Shown in pieces: positions 26,340 to 38,745 of a stretch of DNA of 64,000 bases. The position numbers and the translations under genes are program-made. Every line of letters starts with the position of its first letter. Position 1 is the first letter of the stretch. The DNA is from Leucoraja ocellata. Lineage: Eukaryota. The stretch covers positions 930,001-994,000 of the forward strand of contig JAWMAR010000416.1 of the NCBI GenBank assembly GCA_036785375.1. The letters are read 5' to 3'. The notes beneath the pieces are model-generated. The model was not told where the DNA came from and ran no database searches. It saw nothing but the letters and a program-made list of their open reading frames with translations.

Positions 26340-27170
26340 TGAGACGGAGGACAGGAAGGAAATCGAGAACCTCGCAACCTGGTGCCAAGACAACAACCTT
26401 TCCCTGAATGTCATCACGACAAAGGAGATAGTGATCGACATCAGGAAGTCAAGTGTTACACATACCCCGGTATATATTGATGGCGCCAAAGTAGAGATTA
26501 TCCAAAGCTTCGAGTTCTTAGGAGTAAATATCACCAGCAATTTGTCCTGGACCAGTCATATCGAAGCAATGGCGAAGAAAGCACACCAACACCCTTGGAA
26601 GGTTGAGGAAGTGCAGCAAGTCCCCAACAACTCTCACCGACTTCTACGGATGCACCATGGAAAGCGTTTTATTGGGATACATCACAGCTTGGTTTGGGAA
26701 TAGCTCCATCCAAGATCGTATGAAATTGCAGAGTTGTGGATGTAGCCAAGACCATCATGCAAACCAGTCACCCTTCAATTGACTCCATTTACACTTCACG
26801 CTCCCTCAGCAAGGCCAGCAGCATAATCGAGAATGAGTCTCACCCTTCTCTCCACTCTCCCATCATGCAAGAGGTACAGAAGAGTGAAAACGCACACCTC
26901 CAGATTCCGAGACAATTTCTTTCCAGCTGCTATCAGGCAACTGAACCATATAGAAAGCGGCCCTGAGCTACCATCTACCTCATTGTAGACCCCTTGGACT
27001 ATCCTTAATCAGACTTTACTGGACTTTATCTTGCACTAAATGTTATTCCCTTTATCCTGTACACTGTGGATGGCACGATTGTAATCATGTATAGTCTTTT
27101 CATTGACTGGATGGCACTCAACAAAAATCTTTTCACTGTACCTCGGCACACGTAACAGTAAACTAAACTA
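26340..27170 (+). mobile_element. Rex1/Babar-like LINE 3' fragment
   Basis: LATWCQDNNLSLNV…TKEIVIDIRK…FLGVNITSNLSW, ending in a TAAAC tail. Confidence 0.8.
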
Positions 27171-27194
27171 TCAAACTAACCGTCAAACTATCAA

Positions 27195-29200
27195 TGTGGC
27201 TGGTCCAGACAAATTGCTGGTGATATGTGGAACTTGAAGCTTTATACCATCTCTATTTTGGTGCCATCAATGTGTGCCATGGTGTGTGTACCGCTTCATT
27301 TCCTGAAGTTGATCACAATCTCATTTGTTTTGTTGACATTGAGGGAGAGGTTGTTGTCGGCACCAGGTTACAAGGTTCTCAATCTCCTTTCTGTACTCCG
27401 TCTCGTCAGTATTTGGCCCACTACAGTGGTGTCGTCTGCAAACTTGTAACGAGTTAGATTAGTATTTGGCTGCACAGTCATGAGTGTACAAGGAGTATAG
27501 TAGGGGGCTGAGAACACATCCCTGTGCGGCACCAGTGTGGAAGGTTATCGTAGAGGATGATTTGTCCCCTGTCCTCAATGATAGTGGTATGTTGGTCAGG
27601 AAGTCGAGGATCCAGTTGCAGAGATGACTGCTGACTCCATGTGTTTAGAGATGAGCTTGGATGGGATAATGGTATTAAAGGCGGAGCTGTAGTTTATGAA
27701 CAGAAGTTTGATGTAGGTGTCTCTCTTATCCGGGTGTTCCAGGGATAGGCCCGGGGTGATGGCATCGTCCGTGGACCTGTTATGGTGGTAGGTGAACTGC
27801 AGTGGATCAAGGCTGCTTGGTAGACTGGATTTAATGTGTTCCATAACCAGCCTGTCAAGCCACGTTTATGATGGTGGATGTCAAGGAAACTGGACGGTAG
27901 TCATTAAGGCATCAGATCTTACTTACCTTTGGCACCGGGATGATAGTGGTCTTCTTGAAGCAGGTGGATACCTCAGAACAGACTAAGGAGAGATCAAAGA
28001 TATCAGTGAATACTCACGCGTTGGTCTGCCCAGTTTCTAAGGACGCGGCCAGGGACTCGGTCTGGGCCAGTTGCTTTCTGTGGGTTTGCCCTCAGGAAGG
28101 CCGATCTAACGTCCGCAATAGTGACCCTGGGAAAAAAGTTTGATCGAGTCTGACAGGACGGATATCATTACGCAGTTGGCCTTCTGCTTAAAGCAAGCAT
28201 AGAATGCATTAAGCTGCTCAATGAGGACTACACTATCAGCAGCGATGCTGCCTGACTTTGCTTTGCAGCAGGTTATCGTGTTTAGCCCTTTCCATAGTGA
28301 ATAGTCAATCAATCAATCAATCAACCTTTATTGTCATCTTGCAAAGCAACAATTGTACAGTGCAAAATCAGAAGACATTTCCCAGGGAATACCGGAGCAT
28401 CGCACATAAAACTTAAACATTTCACACATAAATAAAAACAATAAAAACAATCCAGTCCCTGATGAAACAGTACAAATAGTTAAAAGCAGGTAAAACAGCA
28501 ACATTAAAATACAGTAAAAACAGTCATTAAAATGTCCAGGGCAGCTGATTTGAGTTGCCAGTGCCAGAGTTATTAAATTGTCAGTGCAAAGCAGCAGAAT
28601 CAGGTGGAGTGACTGCAGCACTGGAACAGTTCTTGTACCGAGGGTAGGGAGACGCCAATGATCCTCTCTGCTCCCTTCACTACCCTCTGCAGTGCCTTCC
28701 TGTCTGAACAGTTACAGTTGGAGTACCACGTGTTCATGCAGTACGTGAGTACAGACTCCATCGTGCCCCTGTAACAAACAGGTGACCGAATCATTATACT
28801 AGGACTCAAGCTTGGCCCGGTATTGTCTCATGGCATTCCTGACGGCTTTGCAAAGTTCTCACTGAGATTTTTTATACCACTTGGGATCGTTTGACTTGTC
28901 GCAATTGCAGATCTGGTCTTCACCTGCCAGTGGGCCTTACGGTTCATTCACAGCTTCCGGTTGGGGAACACTCAGATTGTCTTCATCAGCACGCACTCCT
29001 TACACACTTGCTAATGAAGTCACTCATGGCAGTGGTGTACTCATTCAGGTTGGCCGCAGATTCCCTGATATGGACCAGTCACAGTCAGAGTCACCAGGAC
29101 CCAATCTCCAACCACCAATCCTTCCAACCCGACACCTAAACTCTGTTGCAGCACTGGTCGCCGATTCATGTAACAGATGTTCAGCTGTTGACGTCTTGTG
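27195..29200 (-). mobile_element. Rex1/Babar-like LINE fragments, with a nested younger 3' fragment at ~28305-28775
   Basis: [18 protein letters not shown]…[13 protein letters not shown] (RT region), and ESVLTYC…KALQRVV with a (TTGA)n tail. Confidence 0.75.
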
Positions 29201-31029
29201 CCCACGTTGATACTGAATTTTGCAGCATTTTGCCCATAGTCATAGAGTCATACAGTCATAGAGTGATACAGTGTTTGAACAGGCCCTCCAGTCCAACTTG
29301 CCCACATCGGCCAACTGTCCCAGTTACAATAGTCCCACCTGCCTGTTTGGTCCATATTCCTCCAAACCAGTCCTATCCATGTACCTGTCTAACTGCTTCT
29401 AAAACATTGGCGTAGTCCCTGCCTGAACTACCTCCTCTGGCAGCTGGTTCCATGCACCCACCACCATTTGTGTGAAAAAATGACCCCTCAGGCCCTTCCT
29501 ATTAAATCTTTTCTGTTTCCCCTTCACATTAAACCTATGTCTTCTGGTCCTCGATTCACCTACTCTGGGCAAGAGACTCGGTGCCTGTGTGCTCTGTGAC
29601 TCTGTGACAATTTATTCTCCGTATTCAATTTATGCATACGTACAAAAATTAGGTTTGAGCCCAAAACACAACAATTTCAACTGTTCTGCCAACCACAGCA
29701 CCAAAGCAAAATAAAACAGATGCTGGAAATTCGGACGATAATAGTATGTGTTGGAGAGACTCAGCCTTTCAAATAGCACTTGTGGAGTGGGGAACGTTTA
29801 GTCCATGTTTCAAAACGGTAAGAGTAATAAAACATCAAACATAAACATGTTTAAAGATGTAAAGAAGGACAGAAAGGAAAGTCTATGATGGGTTGGAATG
29901 CAGGAGATATTAAATGACATAGAAACATAGAAAATAGGTGCAAGAGTAGGCCATTTGGCCCTTCGAGCCATCATTTAATATGATCATGGCTGATCATCTA
30001 AAAGACAATAGAAAATAGAGAATAGGTGCAGGAGTAGGCCATTCGCCCCTTCGAGCCAGCACCGCCATTCAATGTGATCATGGCTGATCAGTACCCAGGT
30101 CCTGCCTTCTCGCCATACCCCCTGACTTCGCTATCTTTAAAAGCTCTATCTAACTCTCTCATGAATGCATCTAGAGAATTGGCCTCCACTGCCTTCTGAG
30201 GCAGAGAATTCCACAGATTCACAACTGTGTGTGTGAAAAAGTTCTTCCTCATCTCTGTTCTAAATGGCTTACCCCTTATTCTTAGTGCCCTTTTTCGGCT
30301 TTTTTCCCTAATATCCCTTGATTCCCTTAGCCCTGAGAGCTAAATCTAACCAAACGTCAAAGGGGATGAATGTAGGAGAAGAAACATTTCCTCCACTTGA
30401 GTCCTCAGCCAACCTCTTCTCTCCTGGATCCGGATAGGGTTCCCCTTGTTCCCAGATTCCATCCCACCACCTTTCACATTTAATTGATAATCCTTTGCAA
30501 TTTCCACTGCGATGCCACCAAACAGATTTTACATAAATTCGTCATTTTGAGAAGTGGGAGTTAATCCACACAACAGGGAGATGTAACCATTGAGAATCAG
30601 ACCTCAGCCATACACATCTGTTACAACAGGTACATTATCCTTCTTTTCACTCAGTCTTGTAAGCAGTCTCAACATATTGCTTCAATGGGAGGAGCAATAA
30701 ACCACCACTTACAGAGAATTGTTCAGTGCTGGTGTGTGGAAACAGATGATATCCTGAGCGCCTACTTTGTGCCAGCGGACTGGTCCATCCATATTCAGGG
30801 AACCTGTGCCCAACCTGAATGTAGACTGGAGACAAATCAAGCCAATCTCAGGGGCCTACTATCAAACTACCACCAGCATGTCTCTTGTCGCACAAGAGGC
30901 CTGAACACCTTCAACCACTGCTACACATTCATAAAACATGCCTACCGCTCCATTCCTCGGCCACATTCCACAAAATCCGATCACCTAGCTGTGCTTCTGC
31001 TCCCTGCCTGCAATGCAGGAGGATCTAAT

Positions 31030-32023
31030 TAGTTGCCAACTGTCCCGTATTAGCCGGAACATCCCGTTTTTTGGGCTAAATTGGTTTGTCCCGTATTTGA
31101 CTGTTACTTTCCTGAGCACCGATGCCCCTTAATTCTCCTGAGTGCCAGCAAGCCCTCGAAGGAGCGAACACATGGCGAATTGGCACAGCAGGCAGCAGCT
31201 CTGCGATTTTATCAACCGGTTCATCAGATCTGTTGCCGTTCGATGTCCATCTCGCCTCCTGCAAGATTCCTCACAAGTCCCTTCTTCGTCTCTTCCTCCC
31301 ACGGAAAGGCTAATACGGTTATCTTATCTCCCTGCAAAATCTCGCCATACGCCAGCCTCTCAGCCTATATCCACTGCACGCTCTATACTAACAAGCCAGC
31401 TCAGGCGAGGAGTGCATCTGCTCGACAGAGCAGGCGTAAATCTAAATAGACCACAGGAGAGCAATTTTAATTAAGCAGTAAAGCACAACCGCTTAAATTG
31501 TCAATGCAGCCACGAGGCCAGGCACGTGGTACAGTTTCTACTGAATGTGTATGGCTTTTGCACCATCGTAAAGTCGAAATATCGTAAGTTGAAGCATCGT
31601 AAGTCGAGGAGCATGTGTACTCTGTAATCACCAGAGGGCACGCTCATAGACAGATCCTAGTTCTGATACAACAGCGTGCGTGTTGCATGTGCTGTTGACG
31701 CCACACACGAGTGATTCACTTGTCATCCAATCACAGACCTCCTTATGTGCATAATTTGTATGCTATATTTTGCCAATTCCTGCCAAAACAACAAGTTCCA
31801 GTAACGTCTGGTGTTGTTCGGTTGGTTTGGCATCTGCAAATATGGATAAACCTGCAAAAAAGAAAAGACTGTGCAGCTACAACAAGCAATGGGAAGCAAA
31901 AAAGACGTGGGTTAAGCCCGTCAGCGGTGACTCGACGAAGGCCTGTACTTTATGCCGTTGGGAATTTGGCCCTTATTTTGACCTTTTGTCCCTTATTTTC
32001 GAGTGAGAAACTAGGCAACCCTA
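31030..32023 (+). mobile_element. Non-autonomous hAT (Blackjack-like) element with BED-finger-like remnant
   Basis: Ends TAGTTGCCAAC…GGCAACCCTA; 8-bp TSD GATCTAAT/GATCTGAT. Remnant KKKRLCSYNKQWEAKKTWVKPVSGDSTKACTLC resembles a hAT transposase N-terminus. Confidence 0.7.
31530..31619 (+). mobile_element. Tigger/pogo-type terminal fragment
   Basis: CACCATCGTAAAGTCGAAATATCGTAAGTTGAAGCATCGTAAGTCGAGGAGCATGTG-TA resembles the Tigger1 3' terminus as recalled. Confidence 0.6.
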
Positions 32024-32660
32024 GATCTGATACAGAGAGTTGTTGAATGCTGGTCAACGGACACGGATGACATCTGACACGACTGCTTTGAGTCAGTCTC
32101 GCTGCAAACTTTGCAAAGTCATCAGGGATGCCAAGAGACAATACTTAAGGGATACAAGGTATAAACTTAATAGCAGTCTGAGTGGTAACTTTCTCACACA
32201 AAGTGTGGTGGGTGTATGGAACAAGCTGCCAGAGGAGGTAGTTGAGGCAGGGAGTATCGCAACGCTTAAGATGCAGTTAGACAGGTACATGGATGGGACA
32301 GGCTTGGATGGATATGGACCAAGCACGGGCAGGTGGAACTAGTGTAGCTGGGACATGTGGGCGAGTTGGGCTGAAGGGCCTGTTTCAACACTGTATCACT
32401 CTATGACTATGGGCCTAATGCTGCAAAATTCAGTAGCACCGTAGACACAGGACATTGACAGTTGAACATCTGTTACATAAATTGGCGACCAGTGCTGTAA
32501 CAGAGTTTAGCTGTCAGGTTGGAGGGATTGGTGGTTGGAGATTGGGTCCTGGTGAAGATGAAGTGGGTGCATAGACACTGCCATCTGGTGTAGGGAGGAG
32601 TGTACTCCCCTGTGGGGAGTAAATGTTTTTTTGAACATTGACACCCTAGTCTATTAGTTA

Positions 32661-32963
32661 AGCCCCTGTCCCACTTACGTGTCCTTGGCACGCTAATTAC
32701 ACAATCTCCTCGTCGCGTTAAGGCGCACGGGTATCGTGGGACCGATATATGCCTGCGCGCGTACACTATACGTCACGCCGGAGGCGCGCGAAGATTTAGT
32801 TTCCCTACAAAATCCCGGAGCGCCGCGCAATACCACACACAACTCCATACCCCTCCGCGCTTCTCCATGCCACCGTCCCGCGCAGCTCACATTATACCCG
32901 TGCGCATCAACGCGACGACGAGGTCGCGTAATTAGCGTGTCACACGTAAATGGGACAGGGGCT
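32661..32963. mobile_element. PIF/Harbinger-type MITE 3
   Basis: TIR AGCCCCTGTCCCACTTACGTGT / ACACGTAAATGGGACAGGGGCT; TTA TSD. Confidence 0.85.
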
Positions 32964-32964
32964 T

Positions 32965-33402
32965 TACTCTATTGGGGATCCTCCATTGTCAGAGTGAGGC
33001 CAATGCAAATTGGAATAACAGCACCTCATATTTAGCTTGGGCAGCTTACAACCCAGTGGTATGAACATTGACTTCTCTAACTTCAAGTAATGCTTGCTTT
33101 CCCTCCATCTTTCCTTCCCTCCCCCACTGTCTCTGTTCTTCTGATTAATTCTCCAAATAGTTTCACTGACCCCCTCATTAAATTTTACTGATTGTATACC
33201 TCATTGTCACCTTCCCATCAGCTATTCTGCATTTTCCTTGGAACTTCATCCCCTTTGATCTCTCATTTTCACATCTTACCCATATCTCTGTGTCTCCCCA
33301 GACTAACAGTCTGAAGAAATGTCTCGACCCGAAACACCACCCATACCTTCTCTCCAGAGATGTTGCCTGTCCCACTGAGTTACTCCAGCATTTATGTCTA
33401 CC
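32965..33402 (+). mobile_element. Penelope-like 3' remnant with pseudo-LTR
   Basis: CTCCATTGTCAGAGTGAGG…CTTGGGCAGCTTACAACCC (same as the other copies) and a degenerate CTGAAGA…GAAAC at 33311. Confidence 0.7.
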
Positions 33403-33520
33403 TACAAACCATGATATTTATTAAGCAAATGTACTTTCCACCTCAGTATGTTGAATCGGGTTAACAACATTGGGGATAAAAAGAAAGAAAAACGTGTAAC
33501 ACTTTGTATCATGTACCTAA

Positions 33521-34204
33521 TGGGCCTGTCCCATTTAGGCGACTTTTTAGGTGACAGCAGGAGACAATGCAGTCGCCACATGGTCACTACATGTTCACAG
33601 GTGGAAAAACAAGTTGAAAAGTTAGCGGTGACTAGAATGAAGCCGCCATGGAGAATAGCGAGAATTCTCGTCCCATTGGTGGGTCGCCAGGTGGTCCTAG
33701 TGGGTTGCCAGGAGGTCGAAAGTTCTCGTAGGTTGTAGCTGGTGCTGACCGGTGAATTTCATTGGCTCATTGGGAAAAAAAACGTAAGCAGTTGTTTGCA
33801 GAACCAAGGATAACCGACCGGTAATGATAAATGTCCGCCGGGTTTCATAGCCGTGTATCTCTGGCTTCTTAAAAGGTGGCTCCACTCCTTCTCCCCCCTC
33901 TCCCCGCCCCCTCTTTTAACAGACTCACCGTACACTGTGCCTATCTTAATTACAGCGCCAACCTTCCTGTTCATCACGGTGTGTGTCTGTATCACATTGG
34001 CTTTGCACCGTGTGAATTTCACTCAGACAGCGCTCCCCCGCTTCTCCTGTCCCACGCCTGCATAACGGGCTGGTGAAGGAAGCGATGTGTGTGTGTGTTC
34101 CACTCTGACAGTCGCCGTTCCAGTTGCCAGTTTTTCAGGCGACTGCTGGCAACTTGACAGTCGCTGGCAGTCCACTGAAAAATCACCTAAGTGGGACAGG
34201 CCCA
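33521..34204. mobile_element. PIF/Harbinger-type MITE 4
   Basis: TIR TGGGCCTGTCCCATTTAGG / CCTAAGTGGGACAGGCCCA; flanked by TAA and TTA. Confidence 0.8.
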
Positions 34205-34708
34205 TTAGTGCTTTACAATCAATGATGTTAAATCGCTGATTCAGGAGATTCTGGCCACACTGTTTATTTGCTTTGTCAGTTATTGGTGAGATCTACAATT
34301 TCGGTTTAGTTTAATTTATTTTTGTCATGTGTACCAAGGTACAATGAAAAGCTTATTAGATTTTAGTGTTTTTTATTTTAGGGAAACAGGCTCTTCGGTC
34401 TACCTCGTCCGCACCGACGAGCGATCCCTGCACATTAACACCATCCCACACACACTAGGGACAATTTGATATTTATACCATGCCAATTGCCATATAAACA
34501 CGTACGTCTTTGTAGTGTAGGAGGAAACTGAAGGTCAGAGGAAACCCACATGGTCACGGGGAGAAGGTACAAACTCCGTACAGACAGCACCCGTAGTCAG
34601 GATCAAACTCGGGTCTCTGGCACTGCATTCGCCACCGTGCCAATTGTTGTAAATAAAGAAATTGAAAAAGCTTGTTTAGTTAAATGTAATTGTGAGATTT
34701 AGTACTAA

Positions 34709-35950
34709 CTAAACTAAGCGGGACCCGTTGGGTCCCAACATCACACAGGAGGGCTGGTCCCCCAACACAATATTCCACCTCCCCATAAATTCCAATATTG
34801 GTAGCCAGTGGGGGGGGGGGGGGGTAGGGGGGATAGGGGGGGGCTTTCTGAAGCACTGGTATGGGTGTTGTGGGCTGAAGGGACTGGTTTCCAGAGGGCT
34901 AGTATCGACATTGCGGGCCGAATGGATTCTTGGACTGGCGGCTCAGTCACTCAAGCCTGTTGTGCTTGCAGCTCACTCACTCACGGCTGGTCGGCTGGCA
35001 GTTGACTCACGGCTATTCCTTGAAATTCCATTTCAAGCATGATGCAAGGCCACCAAATTCAAATGCAGTTTCTTACCACTTGAAGCAGGGTGCAAGGCCA
35101 CCAAATTCAAGTGCAGTTTCCTACCATTTCAAGCAAGGCCACCAAAGACAGCGAGTCGTGACCTCCCCCTCCTCCATTTTGCAGATTCTGAACCACGCTC
35201 ACACTTCTGGGTTTTATAGTCCATCCTCCCCTCCCACCAGAAGGTGCATGGCTGACAGGAGAGAGAATCTCAACATTTTGAAAACACTAATAACTCTTTT
35301 ATTTTCCATCGATGGGAAAATTCTTCGGCACCTGATTAGCGGAGGGGGACTCTGAGTAAGATGGCCAAAAGTCACAGCCATATGTGATAGTGTTTATTCT
35401 AAAATCAATATAAAGCGCAAACAGGAAGTGGTCAAGATTAGACTTTTAATTATATAGAAGACGGCAACTTTAATTAGGCAACACAGCTTTAGCATTTCCA
35501 AACCAAAGGCAACACAGCTTTAGCATTTCCAATCCAAAGGCAACACGGCTTTAGCATTTCCAAACTATATTTTCAAACACATTAAGGGTACTCAAGGTCA
35601 GTAAAACCATCACAGTTAGTGGACATGTGTTCAGTGTTATTCACAGTTCAGACTGAGAGATGTGTCCCTCCGCTCTCCCATCTTGCAGAGACTGACTGAG
35701 GCACTCAACACTTCAGTTTTATAGTCCCTCCGGAAGCGGGTTGGCCTTCAGGAGAGAGAATCTCAACATTTTTTAAACATTAATAACTCTTTTATTTATC
35801 ATCAATGGGAAAAACACTCTTGTCCTGCGCAGCGGAGAGGGACTCGGAGTAAGATGGCCAAAAATCACAGCCGCAAGTGGCAACATTTTTTCTAAAATCA
35901 CTATACAGAACAACAGGAAGTGGTCAAGATCAGACTTTTAGTAATATAGA
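34709..35950 (-). mobile_element. Non-autonomous Helitron, composite with two 5' ends
   Basis: Minus strand starts A|TCTATATTACTAAAAG at 35950, with a second TCTATATAATTAAAAG at 35458. It ends with hairpin GGGACCC-AAC-GGGTCCC followed by …TTAGTTTAG|T. No TSD. Confidence 0.8.
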
Positions 35951-38274
35951 TTTCATCGCGTAATTTTTTTTCACTTGTTTTAACAAAAAACTCTGTCTAT
36001 GATAAGAACAAGTTTCACCTGTTTGTAAATGAAAACCAATCAAGACAAATGTTACAAATCAGCATAAAATAAAAGTATCTGTGGGAATTAATTTGAATCT
36101 TTTATCCAGAATAAATGATAAACCTAAGTTGGGTCTGAGAGTTTTAATTGAGAGGTAGCAGTTCAGTGTCATTTATGTTTAATTCAGTTAATTGATTCCT
36201 TTCACGATACGATACGATAAGATAGAATTTTATATATGCCAGGAGGGAAATTGATCTGCCAACAATCATAAAACACAAAATACATGAAACATGAAATTAA
36301 AGTGATGAGTGGAAAGGATGGGGGATGTGCAAAGATTGGGATGGGGGGGTCAGTCTCAGTCTGCCCCATGACAGAAGGGGCAGGAGTTCTACAGTGTGAT
36401 AGCCACAGGGCTTTCTGTCCTGCATCTTGGTGGATTTTGACCATCCATTAACTAGGGGCAGCCAACTCAACAGATAATATAGATTACAACTGTAAAGCGT
36501 AATTACACCGTTTAAAAAATACTCTAAAGATGTGAAATTAAACAATTAAATTCAGCAATTCCACATTTGCTGTGGCTTAATCAGTTTGGATTTAATTACT
36601 ATTACTTTCATCTCCCTGGGTTTCACATCTCTAAATAAGCAATAAGAGCTGGGATATATGCATTTTCATGTTATCAAATACACAACGGCCCATTTAGCAT
36701 TGTAGGAATGTGTTAATATATTTCAGGTTTGTACTAGATCAAGTATGGAAGTTAAGGTAAGCAGGTGCAGTTTTTTTCCAGCATCAAAGTAAAACCCTGT
36801 CAAAATACTATGTGACTAGGTGGTGAATTATTGGTAGGGAATATTGGAGGTGAATTATTGGTAGGGAAACAGGCCCTTCAGCCCACCGAGTCCGCACCGA
36901 CCATCAATCCCAGCACAATAACACTACCCTACACACACTAGGGACAATTTTACATTGGTGCCAAGCCAATTAACCTACAAACCTATTGAGTACATCTTTG
37001 GAGTGTGGGAGGAAACCGAAGATCTCGGTGAAAACCCATGCAGGTCATGGGGAAAATGTACAAAATCCCAACTCCATATAGACAAGCGCGCATACCCGGG
37101 ATCGAACCCGGGTCTCTGGCGCTGTAAGGCAGCAACTCTACTGCTGCGCCACCGTGACGCCCTCATAACATTGAGGATTTTAGAAGGTTGAATATATCCT
37201 GTGGTTTCCCAAATTGTAATACGATTTCCCTAACATTACCGTAGAACATTTTTCAAAGTTGCTGCAAATATGTAAGGAGAATCCTTGAGGAAATTAGTGG
37301 CATTTGTCTTTCCTAATTTTATATTTGTGAAAGCTGATTTCCAATATTCAGATATTTTGTGTAGTGTGTATGTTATTGAAGCAATTTTAAGCAAGACTCA
37401 TCTGCAGAAATAATGGGTGGCACAGTAGCGCAGCTGGTAGTGTTGCAGCCTCACCGACTAGAGACCCAAGTTCAATCCTGACCTCAGGTGCTGTCCTTAT
37501 GGCGTTTGTACGTTCTTCCTGTGACCACGTGGATTTCCTACAGGAGCTCGGTTTCCTCCCACATCCCAAAGATTTGCAGGTTTGTAGGATAATTGCTGTT
37601 CGTAAAATTAGCCCTAATGTTTAGGGAGTGGGTGTGAAGAATGGGATGATGTGGTCGGGGTGAGCTCGGTGAGGGCCTGTTTCCATTCCGTATTTATTAA
37701 TCACTCAAACATTATGTAATATGCATAATTGTCGGTCATGCTTTTCAATCAGTATTTTTCACCAACATTGTGGTGCCATTTCCTGTTCACTTCTGCGCAA
37801 AATCTTGCTGGATGCATGGATTGATATATATTTTTTTTCTTTAAAACTCTTCAAAACTTTTTCCTGAAACAAAATGAATAATTACTGAGCACTGGCAACA
37901 TCACATTGTATCAGGCTTAGTTGTAATACTTTTGTTTCTGATTCAGTGTTTAAGAGTTGGACAGCATAGAACCAGGCCCTTCAGCCCCACCTAACCCTGC
38001 CGACTAAGATGCCCCATCTACACTAATCCCACCTACCCGTGTGATACCCATATCCCTCAAAACCTGTACTACCCATGCACCTGTCCATATGTATTTTAAA
38101 TGTCATTATATTGTAGTACCCATCTCAACTACTTTCTTTAATTCCATATACCCACTAACTTCTGTGTGAAAAAGTTTCCTCTCAGGTTCCTATTAAATCT
38201 TTTCCCTCTCACCTTAAACCTATGTCCTCTGGTTCTTGATTCTCCTACTCTGGGTAAAAGACAGTGCGCATCTG

Positions 38275-38745
38275 GTACCTGGACGTGGCGTCCAAGGATG
38301 AGAAGCCGAAGCAAAGAAATGGAAGCCAAATAATCGAATGGAAACAAAGCCGAAAAGCCAACTAACCGAAAGGGCGGGATGCCTAAAAGCCAACTAACTG
38401 AAAGGGTAGGACGCCTAACAGCCAATTCACCGAAAGGCCGCTCTGCCGAAACGCCAACTAACCGAAAGGCCACGTCGCATAGAAGTCAACTCACCTAAAA
38501 GCCGCTGTGCCGAAAAGCCAAATAACGGACATGATGTCGCCGGGGGGGAGGGGGGGGGAGGCGGGACCTGTCAGCGATTCAGACCCCCGCGTCCATCACA
38601 TCACTGGCCAGGAGGGTGGTGGTCATTTTCCCACACAAGACCACCCTGGGCTAGAGGGTGACTGGGCACTTTGACCCCGAGCACCAAGTTGTAAGCGGCC
38701 GAAGGAGCACATCCCTTGGGACAGCCCCCACTCTCCCACGGCCAC
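38275..38745. mobile_element. Unclassified insertion with tandem (CCGAAA…GCCAACTAA)n subterminal-type repeats, inside a CR1 fragment
   Basis: Recurrent CCGAAAAGCCAACTAACCGAAAGG-like units at 38325-38525. CR1 sequence flanks both sides. Confidence 0.45.

Noticed and set aside
32577-32595. CTCF-like motif (CACCAGATGGCAGT, minus strand)
   Set aside because: A single motif in probably repeat-derived sequence; cannot be supported without ChIP data.
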